64,000 nt of DNA, taken from Eledone cirrhosa (Eukaryota). The DNA lies in contig OZ024743.1 of assembly GCA_964016885.1 (NCBI GenBank), forward strand, positions 101,246,001 through 101,310,000. The letters are read 5' to 3'. Of the stretch, positions 26,264 through 39,690 are shown piece after piece. The translations under genes and the position numbers were made by a program. Under the pieces are notes generated by a model. That model was given only the letters and a program-made list of their open reading frames with translations, made no database searches and was not told the DNA's origin. Numbering within the stretch: position 1 is the first letter of the stretch; each line of letters starts with the position of its first letter.

Positions 26264-29200
26264 AATTAAGTTAAAGTGTACATCTACATATGTATACGGA
26301 AGTATTAGTATGCATATAAATACACACATGTATACATATGTACATGTACTAAGTTTTTAACTAGACACTTTACAGTGAGTGTCAGCTAGTCTGTATGTAA
26401 CCACACAGACGGACCGGGTTTTAGAGTCATACGAGTTTTCAAGGAAACACATTTCCTCTATTCTCCAGAGGGCCAGACAGGAATATTGGACTAGTTTCGA
26501 TGTTATTACATCTCATCAGCAATATTTACCCATCTTCCGGCTTCTCTGGAGAATTGTAAAAGCACATATCGTTATATGCTTTTTCTATGAAAATTAGTAG
26601 TGGGTAGACTAATTTGCATAGAACGTGAGTCATTGTACGCACCGGTTCAGCGGAAACGATAAAAACAAATAACGAAACGAAATTAAATTTCGTTTCGCTT
26701 CTAACTCACTTTTGTATGACTGACGCTTAAACAATTAAGTTAAAGTGTACATCTACATATGTATACGGAAGTATTAGTATGCATATAAATACACACATGT
26801 ATACATATGTACATGTACTAAGTTTTTCACTAGACACTTTTCAGTGAGTGTCAGCTAGTCTGTATGTAACCACACAGACGGACCGGGTTTTAGAGTCATA
26901 CGAGTTTTCAAGGAAACACATTTCCTCTATTCTCCAGAGGGCCAGACAGAAATATTGGACTAGTTTCGATGTTATTACATCTCAGCAGCAATATTCACCC
27001 ATCTTCCGGCTTCTCTGGAGAATTGTAAAAGCACATATCGTTATATGCTTTTTCTATGAAAATTAGTAGTGGGTAGACTAATTTGCATAGAACGTGAGTC
27101 ATTGTACGCACCGGTTCAGCGGAAACGATAAAAACAAATAACGAAACGAAATTAAATTTCGTTTCGCTTCTAACTCACTTTTGTATGACTGACGCTTAAA
27201 CAATTAAGTTAAAGTGTACATCTACATATGTATACGGAAGTATTAGTATGCATATAAATACACACATGTATACATATGTACATGTACTAAGTTTTTCACT
27301 AGACACTTTACAGTGAGTGTCAGCTAGTCTGTATGTAACCACACAGACGGACCGGGTTTTAGAGTTATACGAGTTTTCAAGGAAACACATTTCCTCTATT
27401 CTACAGAGGGCCAGACAGGAATATTGGACTAGTTTCGATGTTATTACATCTCATCAGCAATATTTACCCATCTTCCGGCTTCTCTGGAGAATTGTAAAAG
27501 CACATATCGTTATATGCTTTTTCTATGAAAATTAGTAGTGGGTAGACTAATTTGCATAGAACGTGAGTCATTGTACGCACCGGTTCAGCGGAAACGATAA
27601 AAACAAATAACGAAACGAAATTAAATTTCGTTTCGCTTCTAACTCACTTTTGTATGACTGACGCTTAAACAATTAAGTTAAAGTGTACATCTACATATGT
27701 ATACGGAAGTATTAGTATGCATATAAATACACACATGTATACATATGTACATGTACTAAGTTTTTCACTAGACACTTTACAGTGAGTGTCAGCTAGTCTG
27801 TATGTAACCACACAGACGGACCGGGTTTTAGAGTCATACGAGTTTTCAAGGAAACACATTTCCTCTATTCTCCAGAGGGCCAGACAGGAATATTGGACTA
27901 GTTTCGATGTTATTACATCTCATCAGCAATATTTACCCATCTTCCGGCTTCTCTGGAGAATTGTAAAAGCACATATCGTTATATGCTTTTTCTATGAAAA
28001 TTAGTGGTGGGTAGACTAATTTGCATAGAACGTGAGTCATTGTACGCACCGGTTCAGCGGAAACGATAAAAACAAATAACGAAAGGAAATTAAATTTCGT
28101 TTCGCTTCTAACTCACTTTTGTATGACTGACGCTTAAACAATTAAGTTAAAGTGTACATCTACATATGTATACGGAAGTATTAGTATGCATATAAATACA
28201 CACATGTATACATATGTACATGTACTAAGTTTTTCACTAGACACTTTACAGTGAGTGTCAGCTAGTCTGTATGTAACCACACAGACGGACCGGGTTTTAG
28301 AGTCATACGAGTTTTCAAGGAAACACATTTCCTCTATTCTCCAGAGGGCCAGACAGGAATATTGGACTAGTTTCGATGTTATTACATCTCATCAGCAATA
28401 TTTACCCATCTTCCGGCTTCACTGGAGAATTGTAAAAGCACATATCGTTATATGCTTTTTCTATGAAAATTAGTAGTGGGTAGACTAATTTGCATAGAAC
28501 GTGAGTCATTGTACGCACCGGTTCAGCGGAAACGATAAAAACAAATAACGAAACGAAATTAAATTTCGTTTCGCTTCTAACTCACTTTTGTATGACTGAC
28601 GCTTAAACAATTAAGTTAAAGTGTACATCTACATATGTATACGGAAGTATTAGTATGCATATAAATACACACATGTATACATATGTACATGTACTAAGTT
28701 TTTCACTAGACACTTTACAGTGAGTGTCAGCTAGTCTGTATGTAACCATACAGACGGACCGGGTTTTAGAGTCATACGAGTTTTCAAGGAAACACATTTC
28801 CTCTATTCTCCAGAGGGCCAGACAGGAATATTGGACTAGTTTCGATGTTATTACATCTCATCAGCAATATTTACCCATCTTCCGGCTTCTCTGGAGAATT
28901 GTAAAAGCACATATCGTTATATGCTTTTTCTATGAAAATTAGTAGTGGGTAGACTAATTTGCATAGAACGTGAGTCATTGTACGCACCGGTTCAGCGGAA
29001 ACGATAAAAACAAATAACGAAACGAAATTAAATTTCGTTTCGCTTCTAACTCACTTTTGTATGACTGACGCTTAAACAATTAAGTTAAAGTGTACATCTA
29101 CATATGTATACGGAAGTATTAGTATGCATATAAATACACACATGTATACATATGTACATGTACTAAGTTTTTCACTAGACACTTTTCAGTGAGTGTCAGC

Positions 29201-32200
29201 TAGTCTGTATGTAACCACACAGACGGACCGGGTTTTAGAGTCATACGAGTTTTCAAGGAAACACATTTCCTCTATTCTCCAGAGGGCCAGACAGGAATAT
29301 TGGACTAGTTTCGATGTTATTACATCTCATCAGCAATATTTACCCATCTTCCGGCTTCACTGGAGAATTGTAAAAGCACATATCGTTATATGCTTTTTCT
29401 ATGAAAATTAGTAGTGGGTAGACTAATTTGCATAGAACGTGAGTCATTGTACGCACCGGTTCAGCGGAAACGATAAAAACAAATAACGAAACGAAATTAA
29501 ATTTCGTTTCGCTTCTAACTCACTTTTGTATGACTGACGCTTAAACAATTAAGTTAAAGTGTACATCTACATATGTATACGGAAGTATTAGTATGCATAT
29601 AAATACACACATGTATACATATGTACATGTACTAAGTTTTTCACTAGACACTTTACAGTGAGTGTCAGCTAGTCTGTATGTAACCATACAGACGGACCGG
29701 GTTTTAGAGTCATACGAGTTTTCAAGGAAACACATTTCCTCTATTCTCCAGAGGGCCAGACAGGAATATTGGACTAGTTTCGATGTTATTACATCTCATC
29801 AGCAATATTTACCCATCTTCCGGCTTCTCTGGAGAATTGTAAAAGCACATATCGTTATATGCTTTTTCTATGAAAATTAGTAGTGGGTAGACTAATTTGC
29901 ATAGAACGTGAGTCATTGTACGCACCGGTTCAGCGGAAACGATAAAAACAAATAACGAAACGAAATTAAATTTCGTTTCGCTTCTAACTCACTTTTGTAT
30001 GACTGACGCTTAAACAATTAAGTTAAAGTGTACATCTACATATGTATACGGAAGTATTAGTATGCATATAAATACACACATGTATACATATGTACATGTA
30101 CTAAGTTTTTCACTAGACACTTTTCAGTGAGTGTCAGCTAGTCTGTATGTAACCACACAGACGGACCGGGTTTTAGAGTCATACGAGTTTTCAAGGAAAC
30201 ACATTTCCTCTATTCTCCAGAGGGCCAGACAGAAATATTGGACTAGTTTCGATGTTATTACATCTCATCAGCAATATTTACCCATCTTCCGGCTTCTCTG
30301 GAGAATTGTAAAAGCACATATCGTTATATGCTTTTTCTATGAAAATTAGTAGTGGGTAGACTAATTTGCATAGAACGTGAGTCATTGTACGCACCGGTTC
30401 AGCGGAAACGATAAAAACAAATAACGAAACGAAATTAAATTTTGTTTCGCTTCTAACTCACTTTTGTATGACTGACGCTTAAACAATTAAGTTAAAGTGT
30501 ACATCTACATATGTATACGGAAGTATTAGTATGCATATAAATACACACATGTATACATATGTACATGTACTAAGTTTTTCACTAGACACTTTACAGTGAG
30601 TGTCAGCTAGTCTGTATGTAACCACACAGACGGACCGGGTTTTAGAGTTATACGAGTTTTCAAGGAAACACATTTCCTCTATTCTACAGAGGGCCAGACA
30701 GGAATATTGGACTAGTTTCGATGTTATTACATCTCATCAGCAATATTTACCCATCTTCCGGCTTCTCTGGAGAATTGTAAAAGCACATATCGTTATATGC
30801 TTTTTCTATGAAAATTAGTAGTGGGTAGACTAATTTGCATAGAACGTGAGTCATTGTACGCACCGGTTCAGCGGAAACGATAAAAACAAATAACGAAACG
30901 AAATTAAATTTCGTTTCGCTTCTAACTCACTTTTGTATGACTGACGCTTAAACAATTAAGTTAAAGTGTACATCTACATATGTATACGGAAGTATTAGTA
31001 TGCATATAAATACACACATGTATACATATGTACATGTACTAAGTTTTTCACTAGACACTTTACAGTGAGTGTCAGCTAGTCTGTATGTAACCACACAGAC
31101 GGACCGGGTTTTAGAGTCATACGAGTTTTCAAGGAAACACATTTCCTCTATTCTCCAGAGGGCCAGACAGGAATATTGGACTAGTTTCGATGTTATTACA
31201 TCTCATCAGCAATATTTACCCATCTTCCGGCTTCTCTGGAGAATTGTAAAAGCACATATCGTTATATGCTTTTTCTATGAAAATTAGTAGTGGGTAGACT
31301 AATTTGCATAGAACGTGAGTCATTGTACGCACCGGTTCAGCGGAAACGATAAAAACAAATAACGAAACGAAATTAAATTTCGTTTCGCTTCTAACTCACT
31401 TTTTTATGACTGACGCTTAAACAATTAAGTTAAAGTGTACATCTACATATGTATACGGAAGTATTAGTATGCATATAAATACACACATGTATACATATGT
31501 ACATGTACTAAGTTTTTCACTAGACACTTTACAGTGAGTGTCAGCTAGTCTGTATGTAACCACACAGACGGACCGGGTTTTAGAGTCATACGAGTTTTCA
31601 AGGAAACACATTTCCTCTATTCTCCAGAGGGCCAGACAGGAATATTGGACTAGTTTCGATGTTATTACATCTCATCAGCAATATTTACCCATCTTCCGGC
31701 TTCTCTGGAGAATTGTAAAAGCACATATCGTTATATGCTTTTTCTATGAAAATTAGTAGTGGGTAGACTAATTTGCATAGAACGTGAGTCATTGTACGCA
31801 CCGGTTCAGCGGAAACGATAAAAGCAAATAACGAAACGAAATTAAATTTCGTTTCGCTTCTAACTCACTTTTGTATGACTGACACTTAAACAATTAAGTT
31901 AAAGTGTACATCTACATATGTATACGGAAGTATTAGTATGCATATAAATACACACATGTATACATATGTACATGTACTAAGTTTTTCACTAGACACTTTA
32001 CAGTGAGTGTCAGCTAGTCTGTATGTAACCACACAGACGGACCGGGTTTTAGAGTCATACGAGTTTTCAAGGAAACACATTTCCTCTATTCTCCAGAGGG
32101 CCAGACAGGAATATTGGACTAGTTTCGATGTTATTACATCTCATCAGCAATATTTACCCATCTTCCGGCTTCTCTGGAGAATTGTAAAAGCACATATCGT

Positions 32201-33670
32201 TATATGCTTTTTCTATGAAAATTAGTAGTGGGTAGACTAATTTGCATAGAACGTGAGTCATTGTACGCACCGGTTCAGCGGAAACGATAAAAACAAATAA
32301 CGAAACGAAATTAAATTTCGTTTCGCTTCTAACTCACTTTTGTATGACTGACGCTTAAACAATTAAGTTAAAATGTACATCTACATATGTATACGGAAGT
32401 ATTAGTATGCATATAAATACACTCATGTATACATATGTACATGTACTAAGTTTTTCACTAGACACTTTACAGTGAGTGTCAGCTAGTCTGTATGTAACCA
32501 CACAGACGGACCGGGTTTTAGAGTCATGCGAGTTTTCAAGGAAACACATTTCCTCTATTCTACAGAGGGCCAGACAGGAATATTGGACTAGTTTTGATGT
32601 TATTACATCTCATCAGCAATATTTACCCATCTTCCGGCTTCTCTGGAGAATTGTAAAAGCACATATCGTTATATGCTTTTTCTATGAAAATTAGTAGTGG
32701 GTAGACTAATTTGCATAGAACGTGAGTCATTGTACGCACCGGTTCAGCGGAAACGATAAAAACAAATAACGAAACGAAATTAAATTTCGTTTCGCTTCTA
32801 ACTCACTTTTGTATGACTGACGCTTAAACAATTAAGTTAAAGTGTACATCTACATATGTATACGGAAGTATTAGTATGCTGATGAGATGTAATAACATCG
32901 AAACTAGTCCAATATTCCTGTCTGGCCCTCTGGAGAATAGAGGAAATGTGTTTCCTTGAAAACTCGTATGACTCTAAAACCCGGTCCGTCTGTGTGGTTA
33001 CATACAGACTAGCTGACACTCACTGTAAAGTGTCCAGTGAAAAACTTAGTACATGTACATATGTATACATGTGTGTATTTATATGCATACTAATACTTCC
33101 GTATACATATGTAGATGTACACTTTAACTTAATTGTTTAAGCGTCAGTCATACAAAAGTGAGTTAGAAGCGAAACGAAATTTAATTTCGTTTCGTTATTT
33201 GTTTTTATCGTTTCCGCTGAACCGGTGCGTACAATGACTCACGTTCTATGCAAATTAGTCTACCCACTACTAATTTTCATAGAAAAAGCATATAACGATA
33301 TGTGCTTTTACAATTCTCCAGAGAAGCCGGAAGATGGGTAAATATTGCTGATGAGATGTAATAACATCGACACTAGTCCAATATTCCTGTCTGGCCCTCT
33401 GGAGAATAGAGGAAATGTGTTTCCTTGAAAACTCGTATAACTCTAAAACCCGGTCCGTCTGTGTGGTTACATACAGACTAGCTGACACTCACTGTAAAGT
33501 GTCTAGTGAAAAACTTAGTACATGTACATATGTATACATGTGTGTATTTATATGCATACTAATACTTCCGTATACATATGTAGATGTACACTTTAACTTA
33601 ATTGTTTAAGCGTCAGTCATACAAAAGTGAGTTAGAAGCGAAACGAAATTTAATTTCGTTTCGTTATTTG

Positions 33671-33675
<5 letters not shown>
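26261..33675 (-). mobile_element. Retrozyme-like tandem array: 14 x 469-bp hammerhead-containing units (ribozyme sense = minus strand) plus about 1.7 inverted units, within (TA)n
   Basis: Exact 469-bp period (26261, 26730 ... 32827). The strand switches at 32877-32879, each unit carries a hammerhead, and no coding motif was seen. Confidence 0.9.
26482..26526 (-). ncRNA. Type I hammerhead ribozyme, unit 1 (repeated every 469 bp to about 32579-32623; plus-strand copies at 32879-32916 partial and 33341-33385)
   Basis: AATATTG-CTGATGA-GATGT AATA ACATC-GAAA-CTAGTC-CAATATT: 7-bp stem I, intact core, 5-bp stem II, palindromic ACTAGT stem III and a GUC cleavage triplet. Confidence 0.92.
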
Positions 33676-33745
<70 letters not shown>

Positions 33746-33750
33746 ACGTG

Positions 33751-33797
<47 letters not shown>

Positions 33798-34199
33798 ATA
33801 TATATGTGCGTACGTGTGTATATATGTATGTATATGTGTACGTTTGAATGTGTGTATGCGTTTGTATGCATGAGAGCGTGTGTGTATATATATATATATA
33901 TATGTCTATGTATATGTATATATGTATATATATGTATGTATATGTATATATGTATATATATATATGTATATATGTATATGTATATGTGTATATATATATG
34001 TGTGTATATGTGTGTGTGTGTGCGTATATATGTACACATATTTGTATGTATATGTATATATATATGTATATATTTGTATATGTGTATGTACCATTATGTA
34101 TGTTTGTTGTGTGTGTGCCTGCCTGTGTATGCGTGCGTGTATGTGTGTGTACGTGTGTAAGTGGGCGCATGTGTGAATGTGCTTATTGACACCTGGAAT

Positions 34200-34725
34200 A
34201 TATATTAAGAGAAACTTCACAATAAGGGGAATCACCCAACACTTGAATCTGTTGATGGAACCCTTTCTGCCTTTGTGACCCTTATTCCAGCCTTAAAGAA
34301 TTAGCTTCTAAAGAATTTCCCTTTTCTTTAAACCATTGAACCCCAACCACCCTGTAGACACCTGTCTTACAGGCATTGTTAGTCTACGTGATAAACAAGG
34401 ATTGGTATTCCAATTTTGAATTTGTTTACAGCATTCTTCTTGCTTTTGTTAATACTATAGCTTTAAAAAATTAGCTTTTAATGAACTCCCTTTTCTTTAA
34501 ATCCTTCAACCAATGACCTCCACCCATCCCAATCCCCAACCTCTCCTACCACCAGAAAAGAAAAGATATAAATACCACTACTTACTTGGACAGCCAGCTC
34601 CCTGATGATTTCTCACGAATGAAACAGTTCTAGGCCTGTAGAAGCTCTTCTATATTAAAACTTTTATACTCTGCTATGTATTGAGTACCTTACTTACTGT
34701 GGTTACCTCCGATTCAACCCGGATA
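34200..34725 (+). mobile_element. PLE 3' end/pLTR with hammerhead at 34596-34646
   Basis: AGCTCC-CTGATGA-TTTCTCACGAAT-GAAA-CAG..CTG-TA-GAAGCT. Confidence 0.7.
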
Positions 34726-34779
34726 TACATATGTGTGTGTGTGTGTGTTATGCGCGAGTGTGTATGTGTATGTGTGTGA

Positions 34780-34810
<31 letters not shown>

Positions 34811-35199
34811 TATTTCCTTAATCATTTGTCGACAGATTAAGTCCACCAACGATATCGAATACAGCCGGAATTTCAACTCAAAATACAAGCAAGGCATTCT
34901 GCCAAACGTTCTAATGATCTGTCTACGGCCCTTGACTGGTTCTACAACGAAAGACAAAGTTATCCTCAGTGGCATTTCAACTCAGAACGCAAAGAACCGG
35001 TAAAAATGGAGCAAGACATTTCGCCCACGTTCTAACCATTATTTTCATTTGCTTTTAGTTCCAATTGCTCCGTCAACTGATGCTTTCTAATAACAGCCAT
35101 CTAGCCACCCCCATCCTCCTCTTCTTGTTTTTCTTCTTCCTCATCATCACATCCTCCTCTTCCCTCTCCTCTTCCTCAACAACATCATCATCGCCACCA

Positions 35200-35880
35200 C
35201 CAGATATTCTGTCTAAATGGTGAACAGGTGTGGTCGCCGTTTGTCAGACGGGCCTTTCTGCAGCTCGTCTTTTTGACTGAGCTGCAGTCCTGGCTCAAGA
35301 AGAGACCGAGACTGGGTGTTTGGCATCTGGAATGTTGCCAAACATTCACTGCCCACTACCAGGCGGGCAATGCGGCCAGTGGAACTTCTACTCTCGAATT
35401 TTATAGAGGATTAGTGGTGGACAAGCGCAACGATGCACTCGGAGAGGCTCTGGACGTCGAACCGGGGACAATTTATAACTTCCAGAAATCCCTCGCTTGG
35501 CAATGCTACCGGGAGGCACTGCCGGTTCGAGATAAACTCTACAGGCACGGAAGTGCTTCTCAGTACATTTGCTAAAAGAATGGCCCGTGTAAATGGGCCT
35601 ACTCTGACCATGCGCATGTAGGCTAGTTAATTTGAGGGGGAGAGGGGTTCCCTTCCCGAGTGCCTTCGAAGCGTCGGGTGGTTCAGGATTGGTGGGGTGC
35701 CTGAGTCAACCCTGAGTGGTTATTCCCCCCTTTTGGGGAATTTTCATTGTTGTAATTTTCTTGTTATTTTGTTGTTATTTATATTTCTACACGTTGTATA
35801 TGTAAACCCCTCTGTCCCCTTTCTTTGTATTGTCCTCTATGTTCGGCCCTTTTGGCCAATAAAGAAACCATTATTATTGT
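35200..35880 (+). mobile_element. 3' fragment of the same Tx1/L1 family, with internal deletions, AATAAA and a TAT tail
   Basis: Aligns by eye to 24740-25650. Confidence 0.85.
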
Positions 35881-35910
35881 TTTTATTGTTTTTTTATTAT
35901 TATTATTGTT

Positions 35911-35945
<35 letters not shown>

Positions 35946-36074
35946 TATAACTAGACTCCTCCCCCAAAAGCACAACAAAACAGCAGCAACAAATAACAAG
36001 ACAATAATATATAAAATATTAGCGTTGCTCGGTGTTTGTAGGTGCAATTTGTTTTTATCGAATCGATTCTCAGA

Positions 36075-36600
36075 GTACATATACATATACATACATATAC
36101 ATAGAGATAGATATACATAGATATACATACATATACATACTTACACATATACATAGAGATAGATATACATACATATACATACATATACATACAGATAGAT
36201 ATACATACATATACATACATATACATACTTACACATATACATAGAGATAGATATACATACATATACATACATATACATACAGATAGATATACATACATAT
36301 ACATACATATACATACTTACACATATACATAGAGATAGATATACATACATATACATACATATACATACATATACATACAGATAGATATACATACATATAC
36401 ATACATATACATACTTACACATATACATAGAGATAGATATACATACATATACATACATATACATACATATACATAGAGATAGATGTACATAGATATACAT
36501 ACATATACATATAGATATACATATAGATATACATATATATAGATATACATAGATATACATACATATAGATATACATACATATACATAGAGATAGACACAG
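36075..36600. repeat. ATAC/ATAG compound minisatellite
   Basis: Direct reading. Confidence 0.9.
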
Positions 36601-36764
36601 AGAAGCCATCACATTACACAGCACTTGGGTTGTTGTATTTGTTGTCAGATCGTAAAAGTTCAGTCATCAAACAGCATTGGCAGGCGGACATGGAGTACAG
36701 TACAGTATATTATATAGACTTTTCAGATTATACAGAGAGAGAGGGGGAGAGGGTAGGGAGAGGG

Positions 36765-36858
<94 letters not shown>

Positions 36859-36982
36859 CTTTATACCTAAATATTTATATATATATATAATACGTATATG
36901 TATACACACATTTATATAAATATATAAATAGATAAATATATATATGTATACGTATATATATATATATATTTATATAAAAGGT

Positions 36983-37060
<78 letters not shown>

Positions 37061-37199
37061 ATTATATTATATTATATTATATTATATTATATTATATTAT
37101 ATTATATATAGTAAAATTAGATGTGAAGAATTGTTGGCAATGTAAGCTTTGTTGCTGTTTGATTTTTTGGTGGCGGAAATTAATATCAATGATATATTT

Positions 37200-38780
37200 G
37201 TTGGTTTGTTGTATTGTTGTTGTTGTGTGTTGTCTGTGTTGTGTGTGTTGTGTGTGTTGTCTGTGTTGTGTGTGTTGTGTGTGTTGTGTGTGTGTGTTGT
37301 GTGTGTGTTTAGTGTTGTGTGTGTGTGTTTAGTGTTGTGTGTGTGTTGTGTGTGTGTTTAGTGTTGTGTGTGTGTTGTGTGTGTTGTGTGTGTGTTGTGT
37401 GTGTGTGTTGTGTGTGTGTTGTGTGTGTTGAGTGTATTGTGTGTGTGTTGTGTGTGTTGTGTGTGTGTTTAGTGTTGTGTGTGTGTTGTGTGTGTGTGTT
37501 TAGTGTTGTGTGTGTGTTGTGTGTGTTGTGTGTGTGCTGTGTGTGTGTGTTGTGTGTGTGTTGTGTGTGTTGTGTGTGTGTTTAGTGTTGTGTGTGTGTT
37601 GTGTGTGTGTGTTGTGTGTGTGTTGTGTGTGTCGTGTGTGTTGTGTGTGTTTTGTTTGTGTTGTGTGTGTGTTTAGTGTTGTGTGTGTGTTGTGTGTGTG
37701 TTGTGTGTGTGTTGTGTGTGTTGTGTGTGTGTCGTGTGTGTGTTGTGTGTGTGTTGTGTGTGTGTTGTGTGTGCTCTGTGTGTTGTGTGTGTGTTGTGTG
37801 TGTGTGTTGTGTGTGTTGTGTGTGTTGTGTGTGTTGTGTGTGTCGTGTGTGTTGTGTGTGTTTTGTGTGTGTTGTGTGTGTTGTGTGTGTTGGGTGTATT
37901 GTGTATGTGTGTTGTGTGTGCGTTTTGTGTGTCTGTTGTGTGTCTGTTGTGTGTCTGTTGTGTGTGTTGTGTGTGTGTGTTGTGTGTGTTCTGTGTATGT
38001 TGTGTGTGTGTTGTGTGTGTTGTGTGTGTGTTGTGTGTGTTGTGTGTGTGTTGTGTCTGTTGTGTCTGTTGTGTGTGTTCTGTGTGTGTTGTGTGTGTGT
38101 TGTGTGTGTTGTGTGTGTTGGGTCTGTTGTGTGTGCTGTGTGTGTGTGTTGTGTGTGTTGTGTGTGTTGTGTGCATGTTGTGTGTGTGTTGTGTCTGTTG
38201 TGTGTGTTCTGTGTGTGTTCTGTGTCTGTTGTGTGTGTTCTGTGTGTGTTCTGTGTGTGTTGTGTGTGTCGTGTGATTTGTGTGTGTGTGTTGTGTGTGT
38301 TGTGTGTGTTGTGTGTGTTGTGTGTGTGTTGTGTGTGTTCTGTGTGTGTTCTGTGTGCTGTGTGTGTGTGTTGTGTGTGTGTTGTGTGTGTGTTGTGTCT
38401 GTTGTGTGTGTTCTGTGTGTTCTGTGTGTTCTGTGTGTGTTCTGTGTGTGTTGTGTGTGTCGTGTGATTTGTGTGTGTGTGTTGTGTGTGTTGTTTGTGT
38501 GTTGTGTGCATGTTGTGTGTGTGTTGTGTCTGTTGTGTGTGTGTTGTGTGTGTGTTGTTTGTGTTGTGTGTGTGTTGTGTGTGTGCTGTGTGTGTTGTGT
38601 GTGTGTTGTGTGTGTGTTGTGTGTGTTGTGTGTGTTGTGTGTGTGTTGTGTGTGTTGTGTGTGTGTTGTGTGTGTTCTGTGTGTGTTGTGTGTGTGTCTG
38701 TTGTGTGTGTGTGTTGTGTGTGTTGTGTGTGTGTTGTGTGCATGTTGTGTGTGTGTGTTGTGTGTGTGTGTGTGTGTGAC
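37200..38780. repeat. (TG)n/TTG compound microsatellite
   Basis: Direct reading. It is the source of the C/V-rich and T/H-rich pseudo-ORFs. Confidence 0.95.
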
Positions 38781-38955
38781 TTCATACGAGTACAAAATGT
38801 GTTTAAATGTATGACTGTCTGCATAAATGTGAGAATTTCTATATATGTGTATATATGTGTATCTGTGTATATCTGTAACTGTTTCTATGTGTGTATGAGT
38901 AACTGTGTGTGTGTGTGTGGGGGAGGGGGGATTTGTGTTTTCGAATGCATGTATC

Positions 38956-39011
<56 letters not shown>

Positions 39012-39690
39012 TGTGTCTGTCAGCATACATGTAGATGCGCGTGTGTTCGTGTGAATGTATATGTGTTTATGTGTTTAAATGTACGTATGTGTGTGAATAT
39101 GGGAATGTGACTGAATCAATGTGTGAGTTTTTCTGAAGGGATATGAAATGAAATGAGAAAGGAGAGAGAGAAAGGGAAAATAAAGAGAAAGGAAAGGAAT
39201 AAACCGGCTTCGATTTCATTAATATATTTTATTATTCCTTCTATTTAACTATAAATATTGTTTTAAAGTTATATCTATTTAGTTTCATAAAGACAATCAG
39301 AACTGAATCTGTCCGACTACCCCGTCATCACCCTCTTTAGGGTCTGTGGAAAGTGGGGGTGGAGGGTGGGGGTGGAAAGAGTACTGGGTGAATGTAGAAA
39401 TAGTACTGGGTTAACTTAATATTGAGAGCAGCATTTACTACGTACCAGAGGTCCGCACTAAGTTAAAAGCAGTATATTACTATACTATAAAGCTATAGTA
39501 CTATACTATAAAGTTATAGTACTATACCACCTTTATGTTGCTTTTTCAAAAACATGAAGGCCCCTTTATAGTATATCCTACAGACCCCGCACTAACCTAA
39601 TATATCCCTGTGTGGTGAGGACTGTTCTGCCCTCCAGCAAATGTAAGGAAATGTAGGTACAAGTGGAGAAACTAGTAGATTTTCTTAACC

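Noticed and set aside
26379-32694. Repeated 72-aa and 64-aa ORFs as a tandem gene family
   Set aside because: The 72-aa ORF has a GTG start and is antisense to the ribozyme. Neither has a recognisable domain, and nonsense variants occur in some units for the 64-aa frame.
37500-39110. Cys/Val-rich or Thr/His-rich long ORFs
   Set aside because: Translations of (TG)n microsatellite.
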